NCBI GenBank assembly: GCA_050257855.1
Contig: JBLMXQ010000093.1
Span: 4,796 to 68,795 of the forward strand
Direction of reading: 5' to 3'
Source of the DNA: Betaproteobacteria bacterium
GTDB taxonomy: Bacteria; Acidobacteriota; Vicinamibacteria; Vicinamibacterales; CAVVIG01
Length of the DNA: 64,000 bases
Under the pieces are notes generated by a model. That model was not told where the DNA came from. It worked only from the letters and a program-made list of their open reading frames with translations, and made no database searches. Below, one piece after another: positions 49,865 through 58,873 of this stretch. The position numbers and the translations under genes were made by a program. Each line of letters opens with the position of its first letter. Position 1 is the first letter of the stretch.

Positions 49865-50548
49865 TCAGAATCGCGCGAAGAGCGAGATGCCGGCGACCGG
49901 CGAGAGATGCGTGCGGCCGTCGAGCGCGATGCCCTTGGTTCGCGCGACGGCACGCACGTCGGCGCGCAGGCCGATCGCCTTCAGTCGCGCGCCGGGACGG
50001 GCGCGCAGCAGAAAACGGACGCCGCCGCCCGCCGAGTACGTCCGTCCGGTCGCGACGAGCGTCTGACCCTCGTGCAGCTGCCGGAGATACCCGGCGCCGG
50101 CCGCAAGGAACGGCACGCCACGAGCGCCCAGGCGCCACCGCGGGAGATCCGCCACGACGGCGCCGCCGACCGCGATCTGCGTGATCGGCTCGGTGGCCGT
50201 CACCGGCGCCGCCTGCTCGGCGTCCGCGGTGATGGACGTCTGCAGCTGCGCCTTCACGTACGACGCCTCGGCTTCCACTTCGAAGACCCGCGACAAACGG
50301 ACACCGACGCGCGCCTCCGGGCCGACCGCGGATCCGAGCGTCGACGAAGTCGTGAACAGCGTGTACGGGGCGCCGGTGTTCGTCGTCTCGGTGGCGTCAG
50401 CCCTTCCGAAGCCCGCTCCTCCGTACCAGGTCGCGCCGCCGGCGATCTCGATCCGGCCCGGAACGGGATCGAGCGCCTGTGCGCGCGCAGGCGCCGCGTT
50501 CAACGCACACACCGCGATCGCGGCGGCGAGCCACGACCCGCGGCTCAC
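49865..50548 (-). CDS. small outer-membrane beta-barrel protein (OmpA-beta-barrel/OmpW-like)
   Basis: C-terminal part of ORF 49865..51541, starting at GTG 50548. It has a signal peptide (SRGSWLAAAIAVCALNAAPARAQA), alternating amphipathic strands and a C-terminal ...GISLFARF. The start forms a GTGA overlap with the upstream gene. Confidence 0.65.
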   Translation of the reverse strand: MSRGSWLAAAIAVCALNAAPARAQALDPVPGRIEIAGGATWYGGAGFGRADATETTNTGAPYTLFTTSSTLGSAVGPEARVGVRLSRVFEVEAEASYVKAQLQTSITADAEQAAPVTATEPITQIAVGGAVVADLPRWRLGARGVPFLAAGAGYLRQLHEGQTLVATGRTYSAGGGVRFLLRARPGARLKAIGLRADVRAVARTKGIALDGRTHLSPVAGISLFARF

Positions 50549-51546
50549 TTCCCCGCCACCGCGATCTCGACCGTGCCGCTGTCGCCCCCGCGGGGCACGA
50601 CCACCAGCCTGTCGTAGAACGTCACGCGGAAGTCCAGGTCCGGCGGCGGCCCGTTCGGATCGAAGAAGCTGTCGACATCGGCGTCGTCGAGCGGCTCGAC
50701 GCGCAGCACGTGAGGGCCGGGCGAAAGCCCCGCGATCGAGAACCGCCCTTGCTGGTCCAGGCTGAAGTTGGCGACGAGGGCTCCGGTGGCCGGATCGAAC
50801 GCGACGATGTGCGCGCCGAACACGCCGGCGCCATCCTTCGTCACGCGGCCGGAAACGCTGCCGGTCTGCTGGTTGAACCCGCCGTCGGGATACAGATCGG
50901 AAATGCCGGCCACGTCGTCCGGGCGCAGCGTGCGATTGGAGATGTTTCCGGCCGGAAACGCGATCGGGAACATGACCGCCTCGTCGGCAATCACGCGCCT
51001 CCCGCCGTCCGGCCGCAGCTCCGTCTCGCCGAGCGCGGAGTGGCCGAGGCCGCTCAGGTGGCCGATCTCGTGCGTGGCGATCGTCTGAACGTCGTACTTG
51101 CCGGCTTCGCCGGCGGCCGCGGTCGACCACGGGTACGCCGCGTTGAAGAAGATATCCGACTCGACGATCTCGCCGGTCTCCGAGTCCACGAGAAAATCCG
51201 TGGATGCCAGCACGCGATCGAGCTCCGGCCGATCGAGGAAGCCGAGCGTCGATCGTCCGTCGTCGTCGAGCGGCTGCGCGGCGGTGAATCCGTCGAACTG
51301 GTAGCCGATGGACGCCGTCGGCACGTCCTGCCAGGTGGCGAACGCGCGCTGGACGGCGGCGGCGAAATCCGAGGACGTGACGCCCGGCCCGCCGGCGTCG
51401 TTGATCCAGTAGTGGACCGGCGTCGCCGCCCACTTCAGCGCGACCAGGCGCCCGTTGAACTCGAACCCGAACTTCAGGTACGCGAAGGCCGGCTTCGCGG
51501 CGCCCGCCACGAGCAGCACGGCGAGACCGACGGCCGCGCACCTCAC
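50545..51546 (-). CDS. secreted matrixin-type (M10) zinc metalloprotease with C-terminal carboxypeptidase-regulatory-like domain
   Basis: Part of ORF 50545..51945, starting at GTG 51546, with signal peptide RCAAVGLAVLLVAGAAKPAFA. It has HEIGHLSGLGH (HExxHxxGxxH), a Met-turn AVMFP and then GSVSGRVTKDGAGVFGAHIVAF..GRFSIAGLSPGPHVLRV. Confidence 0.8.
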   Translation of the reverse strand: MRCAAVGLAVLLVAGAAKPAFAYLKFGFEFNGRLVALKWAATPVHYWINDAGGPGVTSSDFAAAVQRAFATWQDVPTASIGYQFDGFTAAQPLDDDGRSTLGFLDRPELDRVLASTDFLVDSETGEIVESDIFFNAAYPWSTAAAGEAGKYDVQTIATHEIGHLSGLGHSALGETELRPDGGRRVIADEAVMFPIAFPAGNISNRTLRPDDVAGISDLYPDGGFNQQTGSVSGRVTKDGAGVFGAHIVAFDPATGALVANFSLDQQGRFSIAGLSPGPHVLRVEPLDDADVDSFFDPNGPPPDLDFRVTFYDRLVVVPRGGDSGTVEIAVAGK

Positions 51547-52091
51547 GGCCGCGCCCCCGCGAGCACGCGGACGCGGCGCTCGAACGCTCCGAGCGGCATC
51601 GGACGCCGCTCCGGATCCCCGCGCACGATTCCGGTCGCCAGCCCGACCGATCGCAGCACCGCCGGGGGGCTGACGAGCCACCCGGATCCGTCTGGTGCCG
51701 GAATCAGCCGGAAGACGCCCTGGCCGAGCCCGAGCACGTACGGAATGCCCGGGCCCCGGGCGCCGAGAAACACGATGACGCGCTCGTCGGGTGCGAAGGT
51801 CGGCGCGCCGACGAAGATGCTGCGATAGCGGCCCATCTCGCCGCCCGGCACGAGGAACTCCACCGTGTCGCCGAGGGGCCCCTTCAGGTATTCGCGGACT
51901 TCGAGCGTGACGAGCGTCTCGATCGTATGGCGGCCCGGCGTCCATCGCGGCCGGACGTCGATGACACGGCCCACTGCGATGGTGCGCGCATCGCGCGCGA
52001 TGTCGCCCAGAGTGGCTGGAATGAGGACCGTCGCCCGGCCGGGGCCGGCACCGAGCAACAGCAGTGCGCTCGCAAGCACCATTCGACGCAT
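51543..52091 (-). CDS. secreted hypothetical protein, first gene of the matrixin module
   Basis: ORF 182 aa with signal peptide MRRMVLASALLLLGAGPGRA. It has no Cys and no family I can name. The stop forms a GTGA overlap with the matrixin start. Confidence 0.6.
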   Translation of the reverse strand: MRRMVLASALLLLGAGPGRATVLIPATLGDIARDARTIAVGRVIDVRPRWTPGRHTIETLVTLEVREYLKGPLGDTVEFLVPGGEMGRYRSIFVGAPTFAPDERVIVFLGARGPGIPYVLGLGQGVFRLIPAPDGSGWLVSPPAVLRSVGLATGIVRGDPERRPMPLGAFERRVRVLAGARP

Positions 52092-52113
52092 CTGGCCGTC
52101 ATCCTTTGCTCTG

Positions 52114-52137
52114 CGCGCGGGGCCCCACCCCCGCGCG
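52114..52137 (-). terminator. 9-bp all-GC hairpin (CGCGCGGGG-N6-CCCCGCGCG) between lpxB and the matrixin module
   Basis: Read directly from the sequence. There is no U-tract. Confidence 0.3.
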
Positions 52138-52152
52138 AATATCGCGGCCCGC

Positions 52153-53346
52153 TCACGCTCGCCGCGGTGATTCGGGACGACTGTCCGCGTGGGGTATGAC
52201 TCCGTCCCGAGCGGATCCGATGACCTGCAGGATCGCCTCCGCCGCGCGGCGGCTGCCGCCCGGCCCTCCGAGCCGCTCGCGGACGCGGGCGTACCCCTCG
52301 CGGATGTGCGCGATGCGGCTCCGATCCGTCAGCATCGACACCGCCTCGGCCGCGACCGCCCCCGGGGTGAATGCGTCCTGAATCAGCTCGGGCACGATCT
52401 TCTCCCCTGCGATCAGGTTCACCATCCCGAACGTGTCGACCGTGACGAGCGGCCGCCCGAGCCGATAGGTCAGCGGTGAGAGTCTATACACAATCACCAT
52501 CGGCGTGTCGTGCAGCGCCGCCTGCACCGTCGCCGTGCCCGAGGCGGTGAGCGCGACGTCGGCCGACGCGAGCACCGTATCCGCATCGCCCTCGACAACG
52601 GCGATCGGCGCCCCTTTCACCGCGCGAATCGGGTCGAACAGACGATCGTCGAGGTGCGGCGCGCGCGCGACGACGAACTGCGCGGCCGTGGCGTGCCCGC
52701 GGATTCGAAGGCATGCTGCGGCGAGGTCCGGCAGGATGCGCGACACCTCGTTCGCCCGGCTGCCGGGGAGCACCGCCACGGTCGGCGCCGCCGGATCGAG
52801 CCCCAATCGCCCGAGGAAGGCGGCGCGCGGCTCCGCGGCACGCGCAAGATCGACCAGCGGGTGGCCCACGAACTGCACCGGGATCCCCGCCTCGCGGTAG
52901 ATCGCCTCCTCGAACGGGAAGATCACGAGCACGCGGTCGGCGACTTCGCGGATCGTGTTCAGCCGGCCGCGGCGCCACGCCCAGATCTGGGGGCTGATGT
53001 AGTAGACGACCGGAATGCCGAGGCGCTTGACGCGCCGCGCGAGCGGGAAGTTGAAATCCGGGAAGTCGATGACGACGAGCGCATCGGGACGCTCGGCGCG
53101 GGCCGCGGCCGTCACCTGCCGGATGGTGGCGAACGACTGCGGGATTTTCGCGATCGCCTCGGTCAGGCCGGTGACCGACAGGCCGCGATAGTCGGCAATC
53201 AGCCGGCCGCCGGCCGCGGCAAAGCGCGGGCCCCCGAGTCCCGCCACCGTGATGTACGGGTCGAGCGCCCGCAGTTCGCGCGTGAGGGCGGCCGCGTAGA
53301 GGTCGCCGGACGGTTCGCCGCACGAGAGCAGGAGGCGCGCGCTCAA
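52153..53346 (-). CDS. lpxB: lipid-A-disaccharide synthase
   Basis: C-terminal part of ORF 52153..55548, starting at TTG 53346: SARLLLSCGEPSGDLYAAALTRELRAL..., VVIDFPDFNF, YYISPQIWAWR. The start forms a TTGA overlap with the upstream stop. Confidence 0.9.
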   Translation of the reverse strand: MSARLLLSCGEPSGDLYAAALTRELRALDPYITVAGLGGPRFAAAGGRLIADYRGLSVTGLTEAIAKIPQSFATIRQVTAAARAERPDALVVIDFPDFNFPLARRVKRLGIPVVYYISPQIWAWRRGRLNTIREVADRVLVIFPFEEAIYREAGIPVQFVGHPLVDLARAAEPRAAFLGRLGLDPAAPTVAVLPGSRANEVSRILPDLAAACLRIRGHATAAQFVVARAPHLDDRLFDPIRAVKGAPIAVVEGDADTVLASADVALTASGTATVQAALHDTPMVIVYRLSPLTYRLGRPLVTVDTFGMVNLIAGEKIVPELIQDAFTPGAVAAEAVSMLTDRSRIAHIREGYARVRERLGGPGGSRRAAEAILQVIGSARDGVIPHADSRPESPRRA

Positions 53347-55583
53347 GACGCGGGACGTTTGAACAGCGAGGCGGCGATCGGCGGATTGACCTGGATGTCG
53401 GTCACCTTGCGCTCCAGGATCTGGCGTCCGCCGACCTGGACCGATGCGGTGAACGCCACCTCGACCCCGTCCACCGGACGGTAATCGCCGAAGTGCTCTT
53501 CGATGAGCGGCCTGCCGGGGCCGGCCGCGACGTAGGTCTGCCGGACGACGTATCCGGTCGCCGGGTCGATGTACATGACCATCGGATCGAAGGTCGGACC
53601 GGAGAGCTCGAGCGCGTGATACAGCGCACCGGACGGATCCTTGACGTCCGGCAGCGCGCGCGCCTTGAGCGTGCCGTCGTGCGCCGCGAGCAGCGCGGCG
53701 ATCGTATCGCGCTGGAACGTCGCCCTGATTTCGCCGGTCGCGGACTGCGGGACGTCGTGCAGCCCCATCGGATCCTTGACCCAGGCGTGCTCGCCGTCGT
53801 ATCCCTGCACGATGGTCGTCGACGGCAGCTTCGTCTCGACGCGCACGTGGTCCGGGTACTGGAGCCAGGTGGTCACCTGCGCCTCCACGCTCCCGCCGGT
53901 CGGCGTCGTCATCGTGCCGGTCGTGACCGCCTTGATGCCGCGGATGCCGCGCAGGGTCGCCAGGCCGCCTTTTGCGGCGATCGCCCGATCGAGCAGCGCC
54001 GTCGCGTCCCCGCCTTCCCGCGGCGCGACCGGCGTGCCGGTCGACTGCTGCGACGCGTGCTGGTAGGCCGCCGTCCGATCCATGAGAAGTCTCAGGCTCG
54101 CCGAGGCGGCCCCGCCCGCACCGTGCGCCACCTTCGGCACCCGGAAGTCGGCGGAGGTGAGGTCGAGATCCTTCAGCTCCACGGTCTCGAACCGGCCGAA
54201 GCCGGCGCCCTTCAGGTCGGGCTCGAATGCGGCGGCGTTGCCGACCAGCACCACGGACAGCCGATCCGGTTTCAGGTAGACGCGGGCGACCCGCTCGATG
54301 TCGTCCGGCGTGACGACGTTCACACGGTCGCGGAAGGTCTGGAGTTCCTGGACCGGCAGATCGTAGAAGACGACGTTGAGCACCTGGAGGGCGATCTGAT
54401 CGGGCGTCTCGATGGTCAGCGGGAAGCTGCCGGTCATGTACGCCTTGGCGTCTTCGAGTTCCCGATTGCTGACGCGCTCGCGCTGCAGGCGCCAGAACTC
54501 GTTGACGATGAGTCGAAGCACCTCCGCGGTGGCCGCCGATCGCGTGTTGGTCTGTGCCTCGAAGTCGCCGCTCTCCTTGAGCGTGTCCATGTCGGCTTCG
54601 GCGCCGTACGTCAGGCCACGCTCGGTGCGCAGCACCTGGTGCAGCCGGTTCGCGCCCTCCCCGCCGAGGATCCGGATCGCCAGGTTCAGCGCCATGTAGT
54701 CGGGGCTGTTGCGCGGCACGCCCAGATTGCCCACGCGCACCTCGGTCTGCACCGCGTCGGGCTTGTCGACCACGATCACGCGGCGCGTCGGGTCGGGCGG
54801 CGCGATGTAGGTCTGCTTCGGAATCGGGTGCGCCGCCCAGTCGCCGAACACCGCGGTCGCCTCGTCGAAGGCTTCCTGCGCGGTGACGTCGCCCACGATC
54901 GCGAGGATCGCGTTGTTCGGCGCGAAATACGCGTCGTGAAACGCCACGAGGTCGTCGCGGGCAATCGCCGCGATCGTCTCGCGGGTGCCGGTGTCCGGCA
55001 GGCCGTAGGGATGAAATCCGTAGACCAGCCGATCGAACACCGCGTTGGCCACCCAGCTCGGATCCTGGTCGCTCACTTCCATGCCCGACAGCATCTGCGC
55101 GCGCTGCCGGTCGATCTCGGCCGGCGCGAACGCCGGGTGGCGCGTCATGTCGGACAGCATCCGCATCCCCAGGTCGAAGCTGTCCTTCATCACGATCATG
55201 TTCAGAAAGCTGAGGTCGGTCCCCGCGCCGGTCTCCTCGGCGCCGCCGATGAAATCGATCGTGTCGGCGATCGCCTGCGCCGACTTCGTCGTCGTGCCCT
55301 GATCGAGCAGCGACGCCGCGAGGTGGGCGACGCCGAGTTTCGCTTTCGGATCCGACGCGCTGCCGGCCCGAATCAGCAGCCGCATGCTGACGGCCGGCTC
55401 TTCGTGCTGCAGCACGACGACGACCTGCAGGCCGTTCGGCAGCTTGCGAATCTCGTACGGCGGAAACTTGACGTCGTGGGTCGGCAGCGGGCCGGGCGGC
55501 CCCTCGGACGGCCAGGACGAGGTCTGCGCCGAGGCCGCGGCGCCGCACAGCGAGAGCGCGAGGACGAGTGCGAGGCGCCTCAT
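53343..55583 (-). CDS. M16-family peptidase-like protein (non-catalytic subunit type) fused to a C-terminal LolA-like/lipoprotein-sorting-like domain
   Basis: ORF 53343..56135 trimmed to ATG 55583, which forms an ATGA overlap. It has the signal peptide MRRLALVLALSLCGAAASAQ. The position of HxxEH reads GVAHLAASLL, so the Zn ligands are absent. About 300 extra C-terminal residues (ATALLDRAIAAKGGLATLRGIRGIKAVT...WLQYPDHVRVE...YDGEHAWV...DYRPVDGVEVAF) resemble LolA/DUF4292-type domains. Confidence 0.75.
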   Translation of the reverse strand: MRRLALVLALSLCGAAASAQTSSWPSEGPPGPLPTHDVKFPPYEIRKLPNGLQVVVVLQHEEPAVSMRLLIRAGSASDPKAKLGVAHLAASLLDQGTTTKSAQAIADTIDFIGGAEETGAGTDLSFLNMIVMKDSFDLGMRMLSDMTRHPAFAPAEIDRQRAQMLSGMEVSDQDPSWVANAVFDRLVYGFHPYGLPDTGTRETIAAIARDDLVAFHDAYFAPNNAILAIVGDVTAQEAFDEATAVFGDWAAHPIPKQTYIAPPDPTRRVIVVDKPDAVQTEVRVGNLGVPRNSPDYMALNLAIRILGGEGANRLHQVLRTERGLTYGAEADMDTLKESGDFEAQTNTRSAATAEVLRLIVNEFWRLQRERVSNRELEDAKAYMTGSFPLTIETPDQIALQVLNVVFYDLPVQELQTFRDRVNVVTPDDIERVARVYLKPDRLSVVLVGNAAAFEPDLKGAGFGRFETVELKDLDLTSADFRVPKVAHGAGGAASASLRLLMDRTAAYQHASQQSTGTPVAPREGGDATALLDRAIAAKGGLATLRGIRGIKAVTTGTMTTPTGGSVEAQVTTWLQYPDHVRVETKLPSTTIVQGYDGEHAWVKDPMGLHDVPQSATGEIRATFQRDTIAALLAAHDGTLKARALPDVKDPSGALYHALELSGPTFDPMVMYIDPATGYVVRQTYVAAGPGRPLIEEHFGDYRPVDGVEVAFTASVQVGGRQILERKVTDIQVNPPIAASLFKRPAS

Positions 55584-56941
55584 CGCCGCCCTCCGCTGCC
55601 GGCCGCGCCGGATGGCAACAGGGTCAGGACGAGCCGGTTGCTCTGGTTGAAATAGGTCTGCGCGACGCGCTGCACGTCCGCCTTGCTGACGTTCTGGAAG
55701 ATGTCGAACTCGCCGTCGGCCGTCGTGATGTCGTTGTGGATGACCACCGCGTGCGCGAGCTGCGTCGCCTTGTCCTTGGCCGACTCGCGTCCGAGGATGT
55801 AGTCGCGCGCGAACTGGTTCTTCGCGCGCTGCAGCTCGTGGTCGCTGACCGGCTCGTCCTTCAGCCGCTCGATCTCGCCGATGAGCGCGTCGGCGACCTC
55901 CTCGGGCCGGTGGCCCGGCGCGACGATCCCGACGGCATAGAACAGATTCGGATCCTCGATGAGATTGGCCTCGCCGAACGCGGCGACGGCGAGCTGCTTC
56001 TCGTATACGAGCTTCTTGTAGATCCTCGAGCTCTCGCCGTCCGACAGGATCTTCGCCGCGATGTGCAGCGGGTACGAGTCGGGATTGCCGTCGTAGGTGA
56101 TGTGGTACGCGACCACCACGGCCGGCAGCGGCCACGGCTCCTCGAGCGTGACGCGCTTCTCCTTCGTCTGCGGCGGCTCCTTCGGGATGTCCCGCGGCAC
56201 CGGCCTGGTCGCGGCCGGCACGCGGCCCAGATACTTCGTGACGAGCTGGAGCGCCTCGTTCGAATCGAAGTCGCCGACGAGCACCAGCGTGGCGTTCGAG
56301 GGCACGTAGTACGTGTGATAGAAGTCGCGCACGTCGTCGATCGAGGCGGCCTCGAGGTCCTTCATGCTGCCGATCGTCGGGTGCTTGTAGGGATGGGTCG
56401 TGAACGCCTGGTCGTAGATGATCTCGTTCAGGCGGCCGTACGGCTGGTTGTCGATCCGCATCCGGCGCTCTTCCTCGACCACCTGCCGCTCGGTCGTGAA
56501 CGTGTCCTTGTCGACGCGCAGCGTCGCCATGCGATCGGCCTCGAGCCAGAGGATCATCGGCAGGTACTGCTGCGGCACGGTCTCCCAGAAAACGGTGGTG
56601 TCCTCGGTCGTGTAGGCATTGCTCTGGCCGCCGACCGACGAGATGAAGGACGTGTGCGCCTCGGGCTCCACGTTCTTCGACCCCTTGAACATCAGGTGTT
56701 CGAAGAGATGGGCGAAACCGGTCCGCCCCGGCTTCTCGTCTCGCGAACCGACGTGATACCAGAGCTGGAGGTGGACGATCGGCGTCGAGTGGTCTTCCTC
56801 GAGGACCACTGTCAGGCCGTTCGGCAGCTTCGTGATCTGGTACTGAAGCTTCGGCGGCCGGACCGCCGCCGCCGCGATGGCGCTGATCGTCGCGACGAGC
56901 GTCGCGGCGCCGAGAAGTGGAACCGAGCGCCTCAACCTCAC
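55580..56941 (-). CDS. M16-family zinc peptidase (catalytic, HxxEH)
   Basis: ORF 55580..57001. The probable start is GTG 56941, after GGAGAG. It has the inverted zincin motif GFAHLFEHLMFKGS and the downstream Glu region NAYTTEDTT. Confidence 0.85.
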   Translation of the reverse strand: MRLRRSVPLLGAATLVATISAIAAAAVRPPKLQYQITKLPNGLTVVLEEDHSTPIVHLQLWYHVGSRDEKPGRTGFAHLFEHLMFKGSKNVEPEAHTSFISSVGGQSNAYTTEDTTVFWETVPQQYLPMILWLEADRMATLRVDKDTFTTERQVVEEERRMRIDNQPYGRLNEIIYDQAFTTHPYKHPTIGSMKDLEAASIDDVRDFYHTYYVPSNATLVLVGDFDSNEALQLVTKYLGRVPAATRPVPRDIPKEPPQTKEKRVTLEEPWPLPAVVVAYHITYDGNPDSYPLHIAAKILSDGESSRIYKKLVYEKQLAVAAFGEANLIEDPNLFYAVGIVAPGHRPEEVADALIGEIERLKDEPVSDHELQRAKNQFARDYILGRESAKDKATQLAHAVVIHNDITTADGEFDIFQNVSKADVQRVAQTYFNQSNRLVLTLLPSGAAGSGGRR

Positions 56942-57011
56942 CTGCTCTCCTGCCTTCCCCGGCGGCTCCGAAAGGGCCCGCCCTGCTCCCGCGGGTCCCA
57001 CGGGGCCCGCG

Positions 57012-57821
57012 CTACTTCACGAACCGGAAACCCGCGAATCCCCAGCGCAGCGGCACCAGGTCGATCTGATAGGCGTCCACGCGCTGCTCGAAGCCGGCGA
57101 ACAGCTCGACGGCGCCGGCCCGTCCCTGCAGCCTCACGCCGGCCTCGATGCGCCCGCCCTGCTGCCGATCGCGCTGGGAGACGTTCTGATCGATACCGTA
57201 CAACCTGCCCGTCCCGCGGCCGTATACGGCCACCGCCGTGTTTACGGGACGCAACGCCTTCAAATCGAGGTCGGCGGTCCACCCGTAGTCCAGGTACGAA
57301 TGCTGGATCACCTTGGCGACGGTCGCCCTCACGTCGATGAGGGTGCCGCGGACGTCGACGCGGTCCAGCACGCGCGCGCCGACCGCGTTGTAGGCGACGG
57401 CGAACCGCTTGGGGCGATCGCTCAGGTGCCGCGACAGATGGTGGAACACGCCGGCGATCTCGACCGATCCGACCCGCCCCGACGCCGAGCCTTCGAGCGT
57501 GTAGTTGCCCTGGTTCGGGTCGAACGGCCGGTACTCGCTGCCGAGCATCGCCTCGTAGTCGGCGAGCACGTTGACGCGGCCGCTCACGTAGTCCACCACG
57601 TCGATGTTCCCGCCGAAGTGCGTGTCCCACGAGAACCGCTGATCGTCTATCGACAGGGCCGCCGCCGCCAGATCGACATCGTATCGCGACATGAACGTGG
57701 GAGCGTCCGGAGCCGGCGCCGGAGGCGGCGCGGTCTGGCCGGCCGCCGCGCCGGCGCTCAGCATCACAAGGCACGCGGCCGCGGCCGCGTGCCGTTTCAA
57801 CGATCCGGTGGTGTCCGGCAT
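57012..57821 (-). CDS. secreted hypothetical protein, possible outer-membrane beta-barrel
   Basis: ORF 57012..57923 trimmed to ATG 57821, after GAGGAG. It has the signal peptide [29 protein letters not shown], an alternating beta-strand-like pattern and an aromatic-rich C-terminus [10 protein letters not shown]. It overlaps the lpxD 3' end by 25 nt. Confidence 0.55.
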   Translation of the reverse strand: MPDTTGSLKRHAAAAACLVMLSAGAAAGQTAPPPAPAPDAPTFMSRYDVDLAAAALSIDDQRFSWDTHFGGNIDVVDYVSGRVNVLADYEAMLGSEYRPFDPNQGNYTLEGSASGRVGSVEIAGVFHHLSRHLSDRPKRFAVAYNAVGARVLDRVDVRGTLIDVRATVAKVIQHSYLDYGWTADLDLKALRPVNTAVAVYGRGTGRLYGIDQNVSQRDRQQGGRIEAGVRLQGRAGAVELFAGFEQRVDAYQIDLVPLRWGFAGFRFVK

Positions 57822-58843
57822 TGAGCGAGCTTCTCCTCGAGTTCGGCGATGCGCTGTTCCAGCTCCGCCATGCGCTTCCTGAGCTGCGGCAGACGCCGGG
57901 CCACAGCCGAGGTCTTGAGCCACTCGTCGTGCGGGACCGCGGGCGTTCCCGAGACGAACGATCCGGCCGGCAGCGAGCCGGGGATGCCGGTCTGCGCCGT
58001 GGCCATGGTGCCCTTGCCGATCCGCAGGTGGCCGGCCACGCCGACCTGTCCGGCCAGCACCACGTCGTCCTCGACGGTGCTGCTGCCGGCGATCCCCACC
58101 TGCGCCGCGAACAGCACCCGGCGGCCGACGCTCACGCCGTGCGCGACCTGCACCAGGTTGTCGATCTTGGAGCCGGCCCCCACGCGCGTCTCGCCGACCG
58201 ACGGCCGGTCCACCGTCGTATTGGCGCCGAGCTCCACGTCGTCCTCGATGACGACGGCGCCGTGCTGCGGGATCTTGAGATGCGTGCCGTCCGGCTGCCG
58301 GGCGAATCCGAATCCGTCGCTGCCGACGACGGCGCCGTCGTGAAGGATCACCCGGTTGCCGACGACCACGCGCTCGCGAACCGACACGTGCGAATACAGG
58401 ATGCAGTCGTCGCCCACGCGCGCGCCCGCGCCAACGACGACGTTCGGGTACACGATGGTGCGCGCGCCGATGGCGGCGCCGGCGCCGACGGTCACGAACG
58501 GGCCTATCGAAACGTCCGGACCGATCGTCGCGTCGGCGGCGACGGCCGTCAGCGGGTCGACGCCTCGTGCGGGCGGCGTCGGCTGCGCGAACAGACCGAG
58601 CGCGCGGGCGAACGTCAGGTACGGCTCCTCGCTGCGCAGCACCGCACAGGGCGCGGACACCCCCTCGGTGAGGATCACCGCCGATGCCTGCGTGGTCGCC
58701 ACGAGCGGCGCGTATTTCGAATTGGCGACGAACGTGAGATCACCCGGGCCGGCCTGCTCGACGCCGGCGACGCGCAGGATCTCGATGCTCCCGTCGCCCT
58801 CGAGACGGCAGCCCAGTTGTTCGGCAATCTCGTGGAGTTTCAA
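57797..58843 (-). CDS. lpxD: UDP-3-O-acylglucosamine N-acyltransferase
   Basis: ORF 348 aa. [44 protein letters not shown], followed by hexapeptide left-handed beta-helix repeats and a C-terminal coiled coil. Confidence 0.9.
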   Translation of the reverse strand: MKLHEIAEQLGCRLEGDGSIEILRVAGVEQAGPGDLTFVANSKYAPLVATTQASAVILTEGVSAPCAVLRSEEPYLTFARALGLFAQPTPPARGVDPLTAVAADATIGPDVSIGPFVTVGAGAAIGARTIVYPNVVVGAGARVGDDCILYSHVSVRERVVVGNRVILHDGAVVGSDGFGFARQPDGTHLKIPQHGAVVIEDDVELGANTTVDRPSVGETRVGAGSKIDNLVQVAHGVSVGRRVLFAAQVGIAGSSTVEDDVVLAGQVGVAGHLRIGKGTMATAQTGIPGSLPAGSFVSGTPAVPHDEWLKTSAVARRLPQLRKRMAELEQRIAELEEKLAQCRTPPDR

Positions 58844-58856
58844 ATGAAGAAATTCG

Positions 58857-58865
58857 AGTATAACA
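58857..58865 (-). promoter_or_regulatory. extended -10 element TGTTATACT, 13 nt upstream of the lpxD TTG start
   Basis: Read directly from the sequence. It lies in the 30-nt gap after the upstream gene's stop. Confidence 0.4.
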
Positions 58866-58873
58866 CGCGAATT

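Noticed and set aside
52153-56135. Track ORFs of 1131 aa (52153..55548) and 930 aa (53343..56135), plus 49865..51541, 50545..51945, 3202..6564, 40718..43834, 9222..10898, 36119..36838 and 59823..61625, taken at face value.
   Set aside because: Their N-terminal portions read through the preceding gene in another frame and give Arg/Pro-rich nonsense. I trimmed each to the internal start that restores a canonical N-terminus or signal peptide and usually creates an ATGA, GTGA or TTGA overlap with the upstream stop.
57797-57821. The 25-nt overlap between lpxD and the downstream unknown gene as evidence of a frameshift or mis-assembly.
   Set aside because: Both reading frames are intact with plausible termini: the lpxD coiled-coil tail, and GAGGAG plus ATG plus a signal peptide for the downstream gene. 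Overlaps of this size are common in compact operons.
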